Assembly (NCBI GenBank): GCA_964504665.1
Contig: CAZDEH010000003.1
Location: 1,140 to 65,139 of the forward strand
Length of the DNA: 64,000 nucleotides
Source: an uncultured Gammaproteobacteria bacterium
Lineage (GTDB): Bacteria; Patescibacteriota; Microgenomatia; Daviesbacterales; UBA10151
Reading direction: 5' to 3'
The position numbers and the translations under genes are program-made. Numbering within the stretch: the stretch's first letter is position 1; every line of letters starts with the position of its first letter. The notes beneath the pieces are model-generated. The model saw nothing but the letters and a program-made list of their open reading frames with translations. It ran no database searches and was not told the DNA's origin. Shown here in pieces: positions 17,821 through 28,501 of the stretch.

Positions 17821-19240
17821 TCCGCCTCCGGCCGGTTTCTTTTTGAGATTACTTGCCTACCTCAATGAAAAGTTAGTTTTTCTTCTTGTAGCTTCTCTAG
17901 TTGTATGGAACCTATCAAAAAATAATACGTTGAGCAGCATCTATCAGGGGATTGTGGTTCTGTTGGTAATTATTGTTTTCTATTTTCTACTTAGTATGAT
18001 ATATAACGTTCTATTTACTCATTATTTCGGAGGCAACTTAGGTAAACTGATTGGTGGCTTGAGGGTTAGAGATGAATCCGGTAACAAATTGGCTTTTAAT
18101 AAAATCCTTTTTAGGCAATTGCTATCTTATAAATTCTCTTGGTTAGTATTCGGGTTGGGATTTTTATCAATACTGAAAGACCCTAATAAACAAGCATGGC
18201 ACGATAAAACAGTTGATTCTAATGTTTTTAAAGTACAGCCACTTTTACCACTAGCTCTCTTAGTCTTTCTTTTAACACTTGGTGGCAGCGGATATCTTTT
18301 GAAATCGAGTTTTGACAGCTTTCTCAACAGTCCTGTTAAACAGGAAGTACTAGGTTTGGTCGCAGCCTTCCAGGAGCAAAGCAAGAACAGCAAAACTCCT
18401 ACTAGCCAGAAAATCTCAAAAGAAATTCAAGATCAGCAACTTAAGGTTTATGATTTAATGAAGGCTAATAAACTAGACGAAGCTAGTAAAGTCGCTCAGC
18501 AAATGCTGGATAGCTCCAAAACAGATAGCGAGAAAGCCATATCTATGCAGGTTATTGGAGAAGTATACGCTTCTAAGCTAGATTACCCCACGGCTAAAAA
18601 ATACTTCATGGATGCCTTAAAATTAGACAATAACCTACCAGGATCCTACATAGGTTTAGCAGCTGCTAACATTCGAGAAAAAGATTTCCAGCAAGCTATA
18701 ACTAATGCTCAAAAGGCTATTGATTTGGCTCCTAACAGAACTGATTTCTATTATCTATTAGGCTTAGCTTATTATGGAGCAGGAGAAAAAGATAAGGCTA
18801 TCGAAAGCATTGAAAAGGCAATTCAGGGTAATCCGACTGTAGGAGAGTATAAAAAGACTTTAGAAGATATTAGAAAATCAACTCCTCAAACTACTTCCTC
18901 ACAAACTAAACCTCAAGTTGCTACTCCTACTCAATCCACTGGTCCAGGATATACAAAGCAGGATATAGACAACCTAGTTACAGACTTAAATAATGCCGAC
19001 AAAGATTATCAGGCAATTCAGCAATTCAAAGGTAGCTCTTCTTATAATCAACAGACAATTAACAGAATTATTGAAATTATTCCTCAACGCAAAGCACTAG
19101 CCCAGAAGCTTTTAGATAAAATGGGCAAAGATCAAAGTTTGACCCAAGCTGATTTTGCTACTTGGGATCAATATGATGCCTTAAGTGCCGAACAAAATAA
19201 GCTAGTGACCAGCTTATATAATGGTAATGGTGGGTTTTAA
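17813..19240 (+). CDS. RDD-family membrane domain protein fused to TPR repeats
   Basis: N-terminal TM region ending LRVRDESGNK...WHDKTVDSNVF (RDD-like); C-terminal TPR repeats (AISMQVIGEVYASKLDYPTAKKYFMDALKLD...). Confidence 0.55.
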   Translation: MSNPPPAGFFLRLLAYLNEKLVFLLVASLVVWNLSKNNTLSSIYQGIVVLLVIIVFYFLLSMIYNVLFTHYFGGNLGKLIGGLRVRDESGNKLAFNKILFRQLLSYKFSWLVFGLGFLSILKDPNKQAWHDKTVDSNVFKVQPLLPLALLVFLLTLGGSGYLLKSSFDSFLNSPVKQEVLGLVAAFQEQSKNSKTPTSQKISKEIQDQQLKVYDLMKANKLDEASKVAQQMLDSSKTDSEKAISMQVIGEVYASKLDYPTAKKYFMDALKLDNNLPGSYIGLAAANIREKDFQQAITNAQKAIDLAPNRTDFYYLLGLAYYGAGEKDKAIESIEKAIQGNPTVGEYKKTLEDIRKSTPQTTSSQTKPQVATPTQSTGPGYTKQDIDNLVTDLNNADKDYQAIQQFKGSSSYNQQTINRIIEIIPQRKALAQKLLDKMGKDQSLTQADFATWDQYDALSAEQNKLVTSLYNGNGGF

Positions 19241-20127
19241 GATTGAGAGCCTGTTGTAACCGGAGTTGCTACAATATTCTTGGTTACTGGAGTAGTTGGT
19301 AAAAAGGATTGTGATAGAAATAGGTACGTTGGGATTAGAACACCATCAGAAATCCAGCCGAAGAAGTAATTTAGTAACAGACCTCCACCACCTAGCGTTA
19401 AGATTAAAATTGTCTGATATAAACGCAATTGTGAATCATCATGTCTTGAAATAAGAATATTGGCATATTCTTTCCATTTTCTTTTTCTCTCCTCCCAACT
19501 ATCATGTTTATCGCCAGGTAACACCAGCATATAGATAAAACATAAATTTGCCATGAGTGTAAAGGCTGTGAAACCTGTTAAAAACGCATCATAAGGTGAA
19601 GCGAAATGTAGTTTGGAATAATCCCAAAGAGATATTTCATTTGAAAAAAGATAAAAGAATATAAAAAATACATTCATCAAAATAAACCAGACATAGAAAA
19701 ATAACTTAAAATATGGAGCCAATTGTAAGTTCACAAAAGATAAGTAAATTATCAAAACAGAAGGTACCAGCACCAATAACAATAGGTATTCAGTGTCTGG
19801 ATAATGGAAGAGGACATATTTCACAAAACTATATAGAAATATCAAAGTCATAATTAAGAGTGAATGCTCTCTTATGCGAGGTAAGATATTTTTATAGAGG
19901 AAAAGAGTTATCATAAAACCAAAGGCTAGAAAAGTTGCAAGTAGAAACTGTTCTAATGTAGGTGTATGGTTTTTATAGATCCTGGCAGCTCCGTACAAAG
20001 CAAAAAACCAACTAGCACCCCACCACAACAAGTCTTTCCATCTTTTAATAGCAAAAAGACTTTTTACTGAAATGCCAGCTCCAAATATTAACAATAAAGT
20101 AAGAGGGTCAACTAAATTAATATCCAT
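19237..20127 (-). CDS. polytopic membrane protein, hypothetical
   Basis: About 8 predicted TM helices. Confidence 0.45.
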   Translation of the reverse strand: MDINLVDPLTLLLIFGAGISVKSLFAIKRWKDLLWWGASWFFALYGAARIYKNHTPTLEQFLLATFLAFGFMITLFLYKNILPRIREHSLLIMTLIFLYSFVKYVLFHYPDTEYLLLLVLVPSVLIIYLSFVNLQLAPYFKLFFYVWFILMNVFFIFFYLFSNEISLWDYSKLHFASPYDAFLTGFTAFTLMANLCFIYMLVLPGDKHDSWEERKRKWKEYANILISRHDDSQLRLYQTILILTLGGGGLLLNYFFGWISDGVLIPTYLFLSQSFLPTTPVTKNIVATPVTTGSQS

Positions 20128-20432
20128 CCGTATCTATCATATCTCAAAATATATTCTAGTAAAAGTTTATACCATATTTTGGAAATTACCACCTAGATGG
20201 CTTTTAAGTAAGCTTAACTGAAATGCTAGTAATTTAGCTTCTTCAGAGTTATCATTGAATAAGTTTTGGAGTCCGACCCTAATACCGACTCCCGCTCCCA
20301 TCCTACGCCATATGACAACCTTATGGCTTCGGAATGGCAAGTAAGTGAAACTGGAAGAGTGGTTTTAGATTGTTTTGGTAGCCTCTAAGTGGTACTTTTA
20401 TGCCTATATTGGATTAACTGATAGGTAAGGTG

Positions 20433-20461
20433 TTGACAAAAACTCCTTACTATTATATAAT
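20433..20461 (+). promoter_or_regulatory. consensus sigma70 promoter TTGACA-17-TATAAT, probably giving a near-leaderless vapBC transcript
   Basis: -35 at 20433-20438, -10 at 20456-20461; ATG at 20471 with no SD. Confidence 0.55.
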
Positions 20462-20470
20462 CTCCTTACC

Positions 20471-20716
20471 ATGAATTATATTGCCACTATTACTAGTAAA
20501 AGACAGTTAACCCTGCCTTCTAAGCTGACCCACAAATTAAATCTCAAGCCAGGAGAAAAAATAGCTATTAAAGAAGAAAATGGCCGCCTGGTCATGACGC
20601 CTGCAATTAGATTAGTAGAAGAACTAGCTAATTCTTTAAAACTTCCCGATAAGTTTAAGGGTCTGGATACCGAGCAAATGATTGAAAAGGCGAAGAAAGA
20701 GTATTTTTCTAAATGA
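20471..20716 (+). CDS. AbrB/SpoVT-type antitoxin (VapB-like)
   Basis: ITSKRQLTLPSKLTHKLNLKPGEKIAIKEENGRLVMTP swapped-hairpin motif; 4-nt overlap (ATGA) with the downstream PIN gene. Confidence 0.6.
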   Translation: MNYIATITSKRQLTLPSKLTHKLNLKPGEKIAIKEENGRLVMTPAIRLVEELANSLKLPDKFKGLDTEQMIEKAKKEYFSK

Positions 20717-21108
20717 TTTTTGTTGATACTAACTATTTCTTACGTTTTCTCCTAGGTGATAATATTTCCCAACATAAAGAAGCTAAAGAAATCTTTTTAC
20801 AAGCTGCTGAAGGGAAAATAGAGCTTTTTACATCCCTTTTAGTAATTTTTGAAATATATTGGGTGCTTACTAGTTTTTATGAGAAACAAAAGGATGAGAT
20901 TAGTAAAACACTTACTGATATTTTAAATCTAGAGTTTATTTTACTTGAAGAAAAAGAGATTCTTAGAAAAGCAGTTTCAACTTATGAGACAACTAGCTTT
21001 GACCTTGAAGATTCTTTTAATCTGTCATTTGCTAAGTCCAAAAAAACAATAGATTTTAAAACCTTTGATATTAAGTTGCAAAAAGTCTTTTTTGGCAAGT
21101 TGGCTTAG
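20713..21108 (+). CDS. PIN-domain toxin (VapC-like)
   Basis: IFVDTNYF (Asp5), FEIYW, DLEDSF, TFD acidic quartet pattern. Confidence 0.6.
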   Translation: MIFVDTNYFLRFLLGDNISQHKEAKEIFLQAAEGKIELFTSLLVIFEIYWVLTSFYEKQKDEISKTLTDILNLEFILLEEKEILRKAVSTYETTSFDLEDSFNLSFAKSKKTIDFKTFDIKLQKVFFGKLA

Positions 21109-21283
21109 GCTTAATAGGTTATTTAAAAAATTAAGGAAAAGAGAATTTCGTGGAATCTGGAAGTTTTGGCATACATCAACCTCCTCAATCATCAATCAAA
21201 CCTGCTCTAATTATAACAGTCGACACAAGAAGATTTACTATTGATGTATAATAAGGATACTGTCTGAATACGAGTCCTATAGT

Positions 21284-21312
21284 TTGACTTGAAGATAAAA
21301 AGGCGCTATAAT
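21284..21312 (+). promoter_or_regulatory. sigma70-like promoter TTGACT-17-TATAAT
   Basis: -35 at 21284-21289, -10 at 21307-21312; upstream of ORF 21377. Confidence 0.5.
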
Positions 21313-21376
21313 ACGCAATACTAAAGTTACAACTTACTGAAGTAATTACTGCACAGGAAGGTTTTAAATTATAACT

Positions 21377-22117
21377 ATGACAGAAGCATCTGAAAAACCA
21401 GCAACAGAAAGTGGGCCTAAGTTAAACCCTGAAGTTGGCAAACTTCTTGATGAGCTTCCACTAGGCAGTAGATTATTCGCAACTCCAGAGGCAATTCAGA
21501 AAATAGCAAAACAAGAAGATAATCCTTCGGATGAAAATCCTTGGTACGATTACTATAACGATATTCAAGCCTATGAGACTACATTTAGAGATGTATTGGG
21601 CGAGACGCATATCGTTGATTATTTACAGGGAAGAAAAAAACAAGAAAAGGGCGCCGTTGTTCTTGATTTAATGGGACCGGGTTTTGTGCTGAGAAGTTTA
21701 CCTTATGATGCTGCTTTAGCAGTTACACTAGGAGATAGGCGGGTTCAAGAGCAAAAAGATATTGATACACAAAAAGATTTAACAGTGATAGCGGGAGATG
21801 TAAGAAAAAGTTGGGATAGGGTAAAAGAGTGGTTAAATAAACATGAAGTAGTAGGATTTGATCTGATTCTTTGTCGTCCTTTAAAAGGATACGACACCTT
21901 ACCTCGAGATAACGAAACTTATTACTCATTGCTTCAATCAATTTGGGAAGTGCTAAATAAAGATGAAGGTATGCTTCTTTTTGAAGTACCTGGGTATAAA
22001 CAAAGAACGTTATCTAGTTGGGCTAAAAGGATTAGCAGAATTCCTGGCGTAAAAACTAATTTTAAAGAGAATCTTTTAATAATTAAGGAAGCCATTGCTC
22101 CCGATAAAATAATATAA
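21377..22117 (+). CDS. hypothetical protein, possibly Rossmann-fold methyltransferase-like
   Basis: VVLDLMGPG (motif I-like), DLILCRP; weak. Confidence 0.35.
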   Translation: MTEASEKPATESGPKLNPEVGKLLDELPLGSRLFATPEAIQKIAKQEDNPSDENPWYDYYNDIQAYETTFRDVLGETHIVDYLQGRKKQEKGAVVLDLMGPGFVLRSLPYDAALAVTLGDRRVQEQKDIDTQKDLTVIAGDVRKSWDRVKEWLNKHEVVGFDLILCRPLKGYDTLPRDNETYYSLLQSIWEVLNKDEGMLLFEVPGYKQRTLSSWAKRISRIPGVKTNFKENLLIIKEAIAPDKII

Positions 22118-22198
22118 GCTATGGAAAAAACAAAACCCAGAAAGAATTTTAAGAGTTGTGGTTGCAAAAGATATAGCAGTTAAGGTAAAATCTAAAAC

Positions 22199-22369
22199 AT
22201 GGCTAAAAAGGGAAACAGACAATCATTTAATTTAGAATGTTCTATCTGTAAAAATAAAAATTATATTACTTCTAAAAATGTGACTAAAACTAAAGAAAAA
22301 TTGGCTTTTAAGAAGTTTTGTAAAAAATGCCGCCGACAAACAATTCATAATGAAGCTAAAGTTAAATAA
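22199..22369 (+). CDS. rpmG: ribosomal protein L33 (56 aa; absent from the ORF track because it is under 60 aa)
   Basis: MAKKGNRQSFNLECSICKNKNYITSKNVTKTKEKLAFKKFCKKCRRQTIHNEAKVK; C-x2-C...C-x2-C zinc ribbon typical of L33. Confidence 0.8.
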   Translation: MAKKGNRQSFNLECSICKNKNYITSKNVTKTKEKLAFKKFCKKCRRQTIHNEAKVK

Positions 22370-22746
22370 GTTAAGTGTTTATTGGTGCCAGTTTCATCCA
22401 GGATCGTTTCTCTTTGTCTGGTATCAGTTCTTCATTACCAAAGCCATTTCCATTCAACCCATATCCATTTATCCTATATAGTACTTGCATAAAGTGTGAT
22501 AAGTGACATCCTTCTGCCCATCCTGCACAAAAAAGACTATCAAGCCTACAAGTAGGAATAGAGCTTATGGTGTTATTTTCTGTTTGATCAGTTTTAAGAA
22601 GATCAGTAAAACAAGCACATCGTTTTTCACTAGTTTCCAAAGGCATGATAAGTATTAATGCCACTTTTCCTCTTTTTCTGCAATACCCCACTTATTACTG
22701 AAATCGTAGTAAACACCTTTAAATCTTGATATACTTACCTTTGCGT

Positions 22747-22817
22747 ACGGGTGTGGTGAAATGGTATCACGAAAGTCTCCAAAACTTTCTTTCCAGGTTC
22801 GAGTCCTGGCACCCGTG
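22747..22817 (+). tRNA. tRNA-Trp (anticodon CCA)
   Basis: Acceptor ACGGGTG/CACCCGT, D GTGA/TCAC, anticodon stem AAAGT/ACTTT with loop CTCCAAA, T-arm CCAGG-TTCGAGT-CCTGG, discriminator G. Confidence 0.8.
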
Positions 22818-22824
22818 CCCGAAT

Positions 22825-23142
22825 TTACTCCCGTATCAAATCCATTGCGTGTTTAAGATAAACAGCTCTAACTATACTTTTAGGTAAAAAGTTGTGTAAT
22901 TGTGTTATCTGCCCCCACATATAAGCTCTTGCTTCTTGATCTGTTCCCGAAACCTTATCTTTTAAGCAACTAGGGTCAATTGGATGATGTGAATCTACTT
23001 GCTGCAAAAGACTGTACAGTTGATCCACATAAAATCTCTGATCTTGGCTTGAAAATCTTCTACCTCTGATCTTAACAAAAGACAGATCTCCCTCAGGAGA
23101 TTGTTCTGCAGCTTTTTTTATATCTTTTTCCATAAATATCAC
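22825..23142 (-). CDS. hypothetical protein
   Basis: ORF only. Confidence 0.3.
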   Translation of the reverse strand: MIFMEKDIKKAAEQSPEGDLSFVKIRGRRFSSQDQRFYVDQLYSLLQQVDSHHPIDPSCLKDKVSGTDQEARAYMWGQITQLHNFLPKSIVRAVYLKHAMDLIRE

Positions 23143-23210
23143 CTCTTTTTATGTCATTTTATGACTGTTGGAATCCTAACCTATTAAAATAATAAGTCAA
23201 ATTGAGAAGT

Positions 23211-23564
23211 CTAGTAAGCTTTAATAAAGTAATGATTATCTTTACCCCAAAGAAGCATTTTGTGACCAGGGAGTTTTAACCATAGATAAGTATCTACTTT
23301 TCGGAATGTCTTTGGTAAAAGATGATAACGGTGATAATAAAACTCTAAAGGAACAGCTCCAGCTTGATTAATTTCCTTAGAAAGGCATTTACTTTCCTGA
23401 AATATCATCCAGGGTTCTTCGATATACATCAAAATACCTACTTCTAACGCCCTAGCTTCTATTAATATTCTAGGAATTCTCCTTTTACTGGGAGATTTCC
23501 AAAGATAAGCAGCATGTAATATTTTCCCCTCTTTCAGATGATACTTAGCACCAATAGCACTCAT
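23211..23564 (-). CDS. hypothetical protein
   Basis: ORF only. Confidence 0.3.
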   Translation of the reverse strand: MSAIGAKYHLKEGKILHAAYLWKSPSKRRIPRILIEARALEVGILMYIEEPWMIFQESKCLSKEINQAGAVPLEFYYHRYHLLPKTFRKVDTYLWLKLPGHKMLLWGKDNHYFIKAY

Positions 23565-23715
23565 GTTTTTAAATTAAGTTAAAAAGTTTGTTAAATCAAG
23601 TCCTTGTGCTGACAGGCCTACAACTTCTTATTAATTTTTTTATAAACTTTAAAGCTTGTTGGAATTGAAGGTCCTGTGATCTAAAGAGTAATTTGGTATA
23701 ATTTATTACTTATTT

Positions 23716-24327
23716 ATGAAAGAAAGAGCAGCAGTTAGTATTGAAGACCTTCAAGCTGGTGATTTAAAACCTGGAGTAGTTATCACTGGTTTAAATGAGC
23801 CTGCAGAAATTAATAGATTTGTTGGTTTATCAGGTAAACTAAAATTCGCACCTAATTTAGGTTCTGAATTTCAACTTTGCTACAATGGCTTAAGAAACGC
23901 CCCCTATTTTCAGGACTTATTAAGACGGAGGATTCTTACCCCGGACCTACTTCCGTCACGTTTGTTTACTTCTGCTTTAAAAAGACCTGGAATAAGTGAA
24001 GAAGAGATTTTAGCTAATTTGGGGAAGGTTTTTATTATGGTTGAAGAACCTGAGTCTAGTCAAACTAAAGGAATGGACCATAGTAGCATTGATCCAGATA
24101 AAATCTTAAGTTTCCTAGTTCTAGCCCATCTTTATCGTCCTTCAAATAATACTTCTAAAGAAGTATTCGGAAATGTTAGGGCTGAATATACTTTATATAC
24201 TAATCCAGAGAACCCAAGAACTCTGTGGATGGGTTTTAGAATGAGAGACCAGGAACAGTTAAAAATACTTATGGATCAGCTAGCTTACCATCTCAGACAT
24301 ATCAAACATAATAGAAGACAAAAATAG
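23716..24327 (+). CDS. hypothetical protein
   Basis: ORF only. Confidence 0.4.
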   Translation: MKERAAVSIEDLQAGDLKPGVVITGLNEPAEINRFVGLSGKLKFAPNLGSEFQLCYNGLRNAPYFQDLLRRRILTPDLLPSRLFTSALKRPGISEEEILANLGKVFIMVEEPESSQTKGMDHSSIDPDKILSFLVLAHLYRPSNNTSKEVFGNVRAEYTLYTNPENPRTLWMGFRMRDQEQLKILMDQLAYHLRHIKHNRRQK

Positions 24328-24408
24328 GATTCTTGCAGAAGAAAGAGATTTAGAAGAATCTAATTTACTATGTTGACAAAGTAATTCTTAGGGTGAATAC
24401 TAAAGGTA

Positions 24409-24876
24409 ATGGCAAACACTTCAGATAATATGGATTATAAATCTTACCTACTACAGCTGGAAAATCTGCTTGATGATTATCTGGTGAAAAAAGCTCCCTC
24501 ACTTCCGAAGAACATAACAGATTTTATTGTAATGGTAATGCCCTATCTAACCGTAATCTTTTTAGTTCTTGCCCTACCTATTATTCTGGCATTAATTGGT
24601 ATTACTGCTTTAGTTCTACCATTTTCCCTTGTAGGAGGGCTGGGAACTGGATTCTCTTACGTTGCAGGAGTGATTGTAACAATTATTACTGTGATACTTG
24701 AAATAATTGCTTTGCCAGGACTATTTAAAAGACAAAAGAAGTCGTGGACGCTGCTTTATTATGTAGCCTTAATTGGTGGAGTCAACAGTATTTTATCTCT
24801 TAATCTGTGGGGACTAGTACTTGGTACAGGTATTTCTCTCTATATTCTTTTTCAAATTAAAAGCTACTATAAGTGA
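24409..24876 (+). CDS. small polytopic membrane protein
   Basis: About 4 TM helices. Confidence 0.4.
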   Translation: MANTSDNMDYKSYLLQLENLLDDYLVKKAPSLPKNITDFIVMVMPYLTVIFLVLALPIILALIGITALVLPFSLVGGLGTGFSYVAGVIVTIITVILEIIALPGLFKRQKKSWTLLYYVALIGGVNSILSLNLWGLVLGTGISLYILFQIKSYYK

Positions 24877-24877
24877 A

Positions 24878-25627
24878 TTAAAAAATAATTTTAATCCTGG
24901 CGTTTTGCACAGTGGAGGCATAACCAGTGGTTGTCTTTAGCTGCATATTGTAAGTTTTTTTACCTGAAGACAGAGAAAAATTTGAAGATGAAACCCAGGT
25001 AAAATCAATAGCACTAACAGAAACCTCTGAGCCTCCGATAGCCTGGGAAGCTGTGGCGTCATTAAGCCTGGCATAGGCTTTACCATTTCCCTGGTATGGC
25101 ATCAGAAAAACTTCAAATACAGCACTGGTATAACCCGGGTAATCATTAGTATCAATAATTATAGAAGGGGTTGTTACAGTAGTCCAATCAAAAGCTGAAG
25201 ATGAAGCCACCCACCCCAGAGGAATATATGAAGGAGCTTGTTTGATGCTGGTACTTACAACTGGGGTTTGTGTTACAGTTGCGGTTGGTGCTAAAGGCAC
25301 TCCAGGTTGAAGCTGACTAATTTGCCTTTGCAAGGCAGTAACTTTATCTTCCAGACTGCTTACTCTACTATCCAAACCGGTAGTAGCACTGGTAGACTTG
25401 GTCTCTCCGTTTATTTTTTTCGCCAGAACTATAACTGCATCTTCTAAAATTTTTATCCTATCACTACTTGATATCGGAGCAAAAGAGTTGACATTAGTCT
25501 GACCAGATATCTCTGTCAGTTGTTTTATCACCGGAGTTGGCTGGATCTGTGATCTTTTTATTAATAAATAACCGCTTACAGCTATTATTAATAGAATTAA
25601 TACTCCTACAGGCAGGAACTTTACCAT
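24878..25627 (-). CDS. N-terminally anchored extracytoplasmic protein, hypothetical
   Basis: Single N-terminal TM; coiled-coil LEDKVTALQRQISQLQ; Ser/Thr-rich. Confidence 0.4.
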   Translation of the reverse strand: MVKFLPVGVLILLIIAVSGYLLIKRSQIQPTPVIKQLTEISGQTNVNSFAPISSSDRIKILEDAVIVLAKKINGETKSTSATTGLDSRVSSLEDKVTALQRQISQLQPGVPLAPTATVTQTPVVSTSIKQAPSYIPLGWVASSSAFDWTTVTTPSIIIDTNDYPGYTSAVFEVFLMPYQGNGKAYARLNDATASQAIGGSEVSVSAIDFTWVSSSNFSLSSGKKTYNMQLKTTTGYASTVQNARIKIIF

Positions 25628-25672
25628 ATAGTTATCATAACACTTAACCCTTTTTTATGTTATCCTAAAATA

Positions 25673-26569
25673 ATGACCCACCTGCCTTTTACATTATTGG
25701 CTTATTTTTTTAACGCTTCTGCAGTGACTATAGATAAGTTTATGTTATCCCGACATATTCCCAACCCTTTAGTTTACATTTTTTATTTTAGCGCTTTTTC
25801 TGCTTTAGCCTTAATTTTATTACCTTTTACAAAGATCCCAACTTTAGTTGTTTTTCTTTTAGCTTCACTCTCCAGTGTTCTTTGGACAACTGGAGCTTAT
25901 TTTATGTTTAAAGCCTTGCAAATTGGCCAGGTTTCCAGGGTAATCCCAATAATAGGTACACTGGTACCTGTATTTTTGCTATTCCAATCAATAATTACGG
26001 GCAATATCACGGCTCAGGAAATTTTAGCAGTCTTCATCTTAATTTTAGGACTCGTGGCTTTAACAATTCTTGATTGGAAAGGATCAATTAAAAAGTCTGA
26101 AGTGCTTTATGAAATTTTAGCTGCTCTGCTTTTTGCTGTTTCTTATATAATCTTGCGGGAAGCCTATCTTAGAGCAGAGTTTTTAACAGTGCTGGTTTGG
26201 TCCAGATTCATCATTTTACCTGTTAGTATCATCATTTTACTTATTCCTAGTCTTAAAAAGATAGTTTTTGAAAGTAGAGGCAATCAACCGGCTTTCAATA
26301 TTATTTCCAAATCAGGACTATTATTCCTCATAGGTCAGGGAGCAGGTGGAGCCAGTGAACTGTTATTAACATATTCCATCTCTTTAGCTAATCCTGCTCT
26401 TGTCAACTCTCTTCAAGGCTCACAGTATATTTTTCTGTTTATCTTTAGCCTACTACTCGCTAAGAAATATCCCGGTGTTTTTACGGAAAAATTTACTGCG
26501 TTGAAACTGATCCCAAAAATCTTAGGAATCTTATTAATTGGGACAGGTTTATTTTTGCTCGCCAAATGA
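25673..26569 (+). CDS. DMT/EamA-like 10-TM transporter candidate
   Basis: Two 5-TM halves; no strong motif. Confidence 0.4.
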   Translation: MTHLPFTLLAYFFNASAVTIDKFMLSRHIPNPLVYIFYFSAFSALALILLPFTKIPTLVVFLLASLSSVLWTTGAYFMFKALQIGQVSRVIPIIGTLVPVFLLFQSIITGNITAQEILAVFILILGLVALTILDWKGSIKKSEVLYEILAALLFAVSYIILREAYLRAEFLTVLVWSRFIILPVSIIILLIPSLKKIVFESRGNQPAFNIISKSGLLFLIGQGAGGASELLLTYSISLANPALVNSLQGSQYIFLFIFSLLLAKKYPGVFTEKFTALKLIPKILGILLIGTGLFLLAK

Positions 26570-27597
26570 TTATTAAATATATTGCTAAAAAATATCAGGC
26601 AACTGAGCATATAAAAATATATCTTCTGCTTGGATTAATTGTCCTGGCTTTAATGTTTTTCTTTATTGCCAAAGCCTATGATAGGATAAACAGCTCTTCT
26701 CCTGTTATTTTTGGAGTTACTTTTTCCCCAGATTATGCTAAAACACTAGGATTTGATCCCAAGAAAATCTATCAGCAAATGTTTCAGGATTTAAAAATTA
26801 AAAAAATCAGATTATTAGCTTATTGGGATACCCTGGAACCCAAACCAAATGAATTTGATTTTAAAGATCTTGATTTTTATGTGGACTGGGCTACCCTAAA
26901 TAATGCCCAGGTCATTTTAGCCATAGGATATAAGCTTCCCCGTTGGCCAGAATGCCGGGTTCCGGATTGGCTGAAAAATAAAGGGATGAAGATCCGTCAA
27001 GAAAGACAGTTAATTTATCTACAAGCCATCATCAGCCGTTATGAAAACAATAAAACTATTAGTGCTTGGCAAATTGAAAACGAACCCTTATTCTCTTTTG
27101 GAGAATGTGATCCGGTTGATGAATTATTCCTAAATAAGGAGGTGGCATTCGTGAGAAACCTTTCAAATAAACCTATACTGCTCACAGATTCCGGAGAATT
27201 AAGTTCCTGGATTACTCCGATGAGGCTTTCAGATTATTTTGGGACTACTATGTATAGAACTGTCTATAATCCGGTTGTGGGGTGGTTGCCCTACCCACTT
27301 CAACCTTGGTACTACAGAATCAAATCTGATGTAATCAGGACTTTTTTAGCTCCTCAAAACAAGAAAACAATCACTATCGAGTTACAGGCAGAACCTTGGG
27401 CGGAAGATTTTATTGCTGATAAACCAATTAAGGAACAGTTAGAACATTTTACTGTTCAAGATGTTCAAGATAATATCAACTTTGCCAAAAAGGTTGGTAC
27501 TCCGGAAATCTATTTATGGGGTGTGGAATGGTGGTATTGGATCAAAACTCAAGGCCACCCTGAATTTTTAGACTATGCCAAACAGATCATCAGATAA
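26566..27597 (+). CDS. TIM-barrel glycoside hydrolase-like protein (GH5-like NEP motif)
   Basis: N-terminal TM anchor; AWQIENEP catalytic-acid-like motif. Confidence 0.4.
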   Translation: MIIKYIAKKYQATEHIKIYLLLGLIVLALMFFFIAKAYDRINSSSPVIFGVTFSPDYAKTLGFDPKKIYQQMFQDLKIKKIRLLAYWDTLEPKPNEFDFKDLDFYVDWATLNNAQVILAIGYKLPRWPECRVPDWLKNKGMKIRQERQLIYLQAIISRYENNKTISAWQIENEPLFSFGECDPVDELFLNKEVAFVRNLSNKPILLTDSGELSSWITPMRLSDYFGTTMYRTVYNPVVGWLPYPLQPWYYRIKSDVIRTFLAPQNKKTITIELQAEPWAEDFIADKPIKEQLEHFTVQDVQDNINFAKKVGTPEIYLWGVEWWYWIKTQGHPEFLDYAKQIIR

Positions 27598-27625
27598 TAA
27601 ATAATAGGTGTATACTGTTTAAGGT

Positions 27626-28384
27626 ATGCCAGAAACTGAAGATTCTTCCCCTCCAGAAATAAAACCTTCCAAAACTAGCTTTCATGAATCATCTTTTATC
27701 CCAAGATTTATCCAAAATTTAGGTTATTGGATTCAAGAAAAAGTGCCTTATGGAGATATTACTCTTCCTGAGAAGGCAGAAAATTTAGTCATACAAGCTA
27801 AAATATTAAACTATTTACAGCCTGGTGGGACTTATTTAGATGTTGGAGCAGGACTTGGACATGTTGTAGAAAAAATCTTAAAAGCAAAGGGTGAAACAGG
27901 TATAAAGTACTTATCTTCTGACCCAATTAGAAATCCCACTAAAGCTGTTCAAAATAGAGTTGCCCAAAACTTCCCTACCCAAGGTATGTTTTTAAAAGCC
28001 ACTGGAGAATCTTTACCTATAGCTGATAATTACTTAGATGGGGCTTCTTTGTTTTTTGTGATGCATCACGCTTCCAAGGAGCAACAAGACCAAATTGTGA
28101 GCGAGCTCAAAAGGGCTATCAAATCAGAAGGATACTTCTTCTTAATTGAAGATACTCCTGAAACTGAGGAAGAAAAACAGAGAAATATTAATTGGGACAG
28201 AAGATTAAACTTAGAGTCGACAGAACCAATTCATACCTATAGAACTTCTGCTGAGTGGATAAAAGCTGTAGAACAGTTAGGGTTTAAACTTGTTGAAGAA
28301 GTACCTTTTAAGAGCCAGTCAGGTAAGAAAAATGAAGGGATCATTAAACATACCAGTTTAATCTTCCAAAAGCTGAGTTCCTAA
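27626..28384 (+). CDS. class I SAM-dependent methyltransferase
   Basis: YLDVGAGLGHVVEKI (motif I), FFVMHHA, FFLIED. Confidence 0.6.
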   Translation: MPETEDSSPPEIKPSKTSFHESSFIPRFIQNLGYWIQEKVPYGDITLPEKAENLVIQAKILNYLQPGGTYLDVGAGLGHVVEKILKAKGETGIKYLSSDPIRNPTKAVQNRVAQNFPTQGMFLKATGESLPIADNYLDGASLFFVMHHASKEQQDQIVSELKRAIKSEGYFFLIEDTPETEEEKQRNINWDRRLNLESTEPIHTYRTSAEWIKAVEQLGFKLVEEVPFKSQSGKKNEGIIKHTSLIFQKLSS

Positions 28385-28501
28385 ATCCTTTCCTCAAAAC
28401 AATTTTGAGATAGTTTGCCCTAGATTGTTATCTTAAATACTACTTATATTTATAGCTTATCAACAGCTAAAATAAGTTCAAATTAGCCTGTCCGAGAAAT
28501 T

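Noticed and set aside
22371-22691. 106-aa minus-strand ORF between rpmG and tRNA-Trp
   Set aside because: No motif, Cys-rich odd composition, lies in an rpmG/tRNA intergenic region; probably not coding (low confidence either way).
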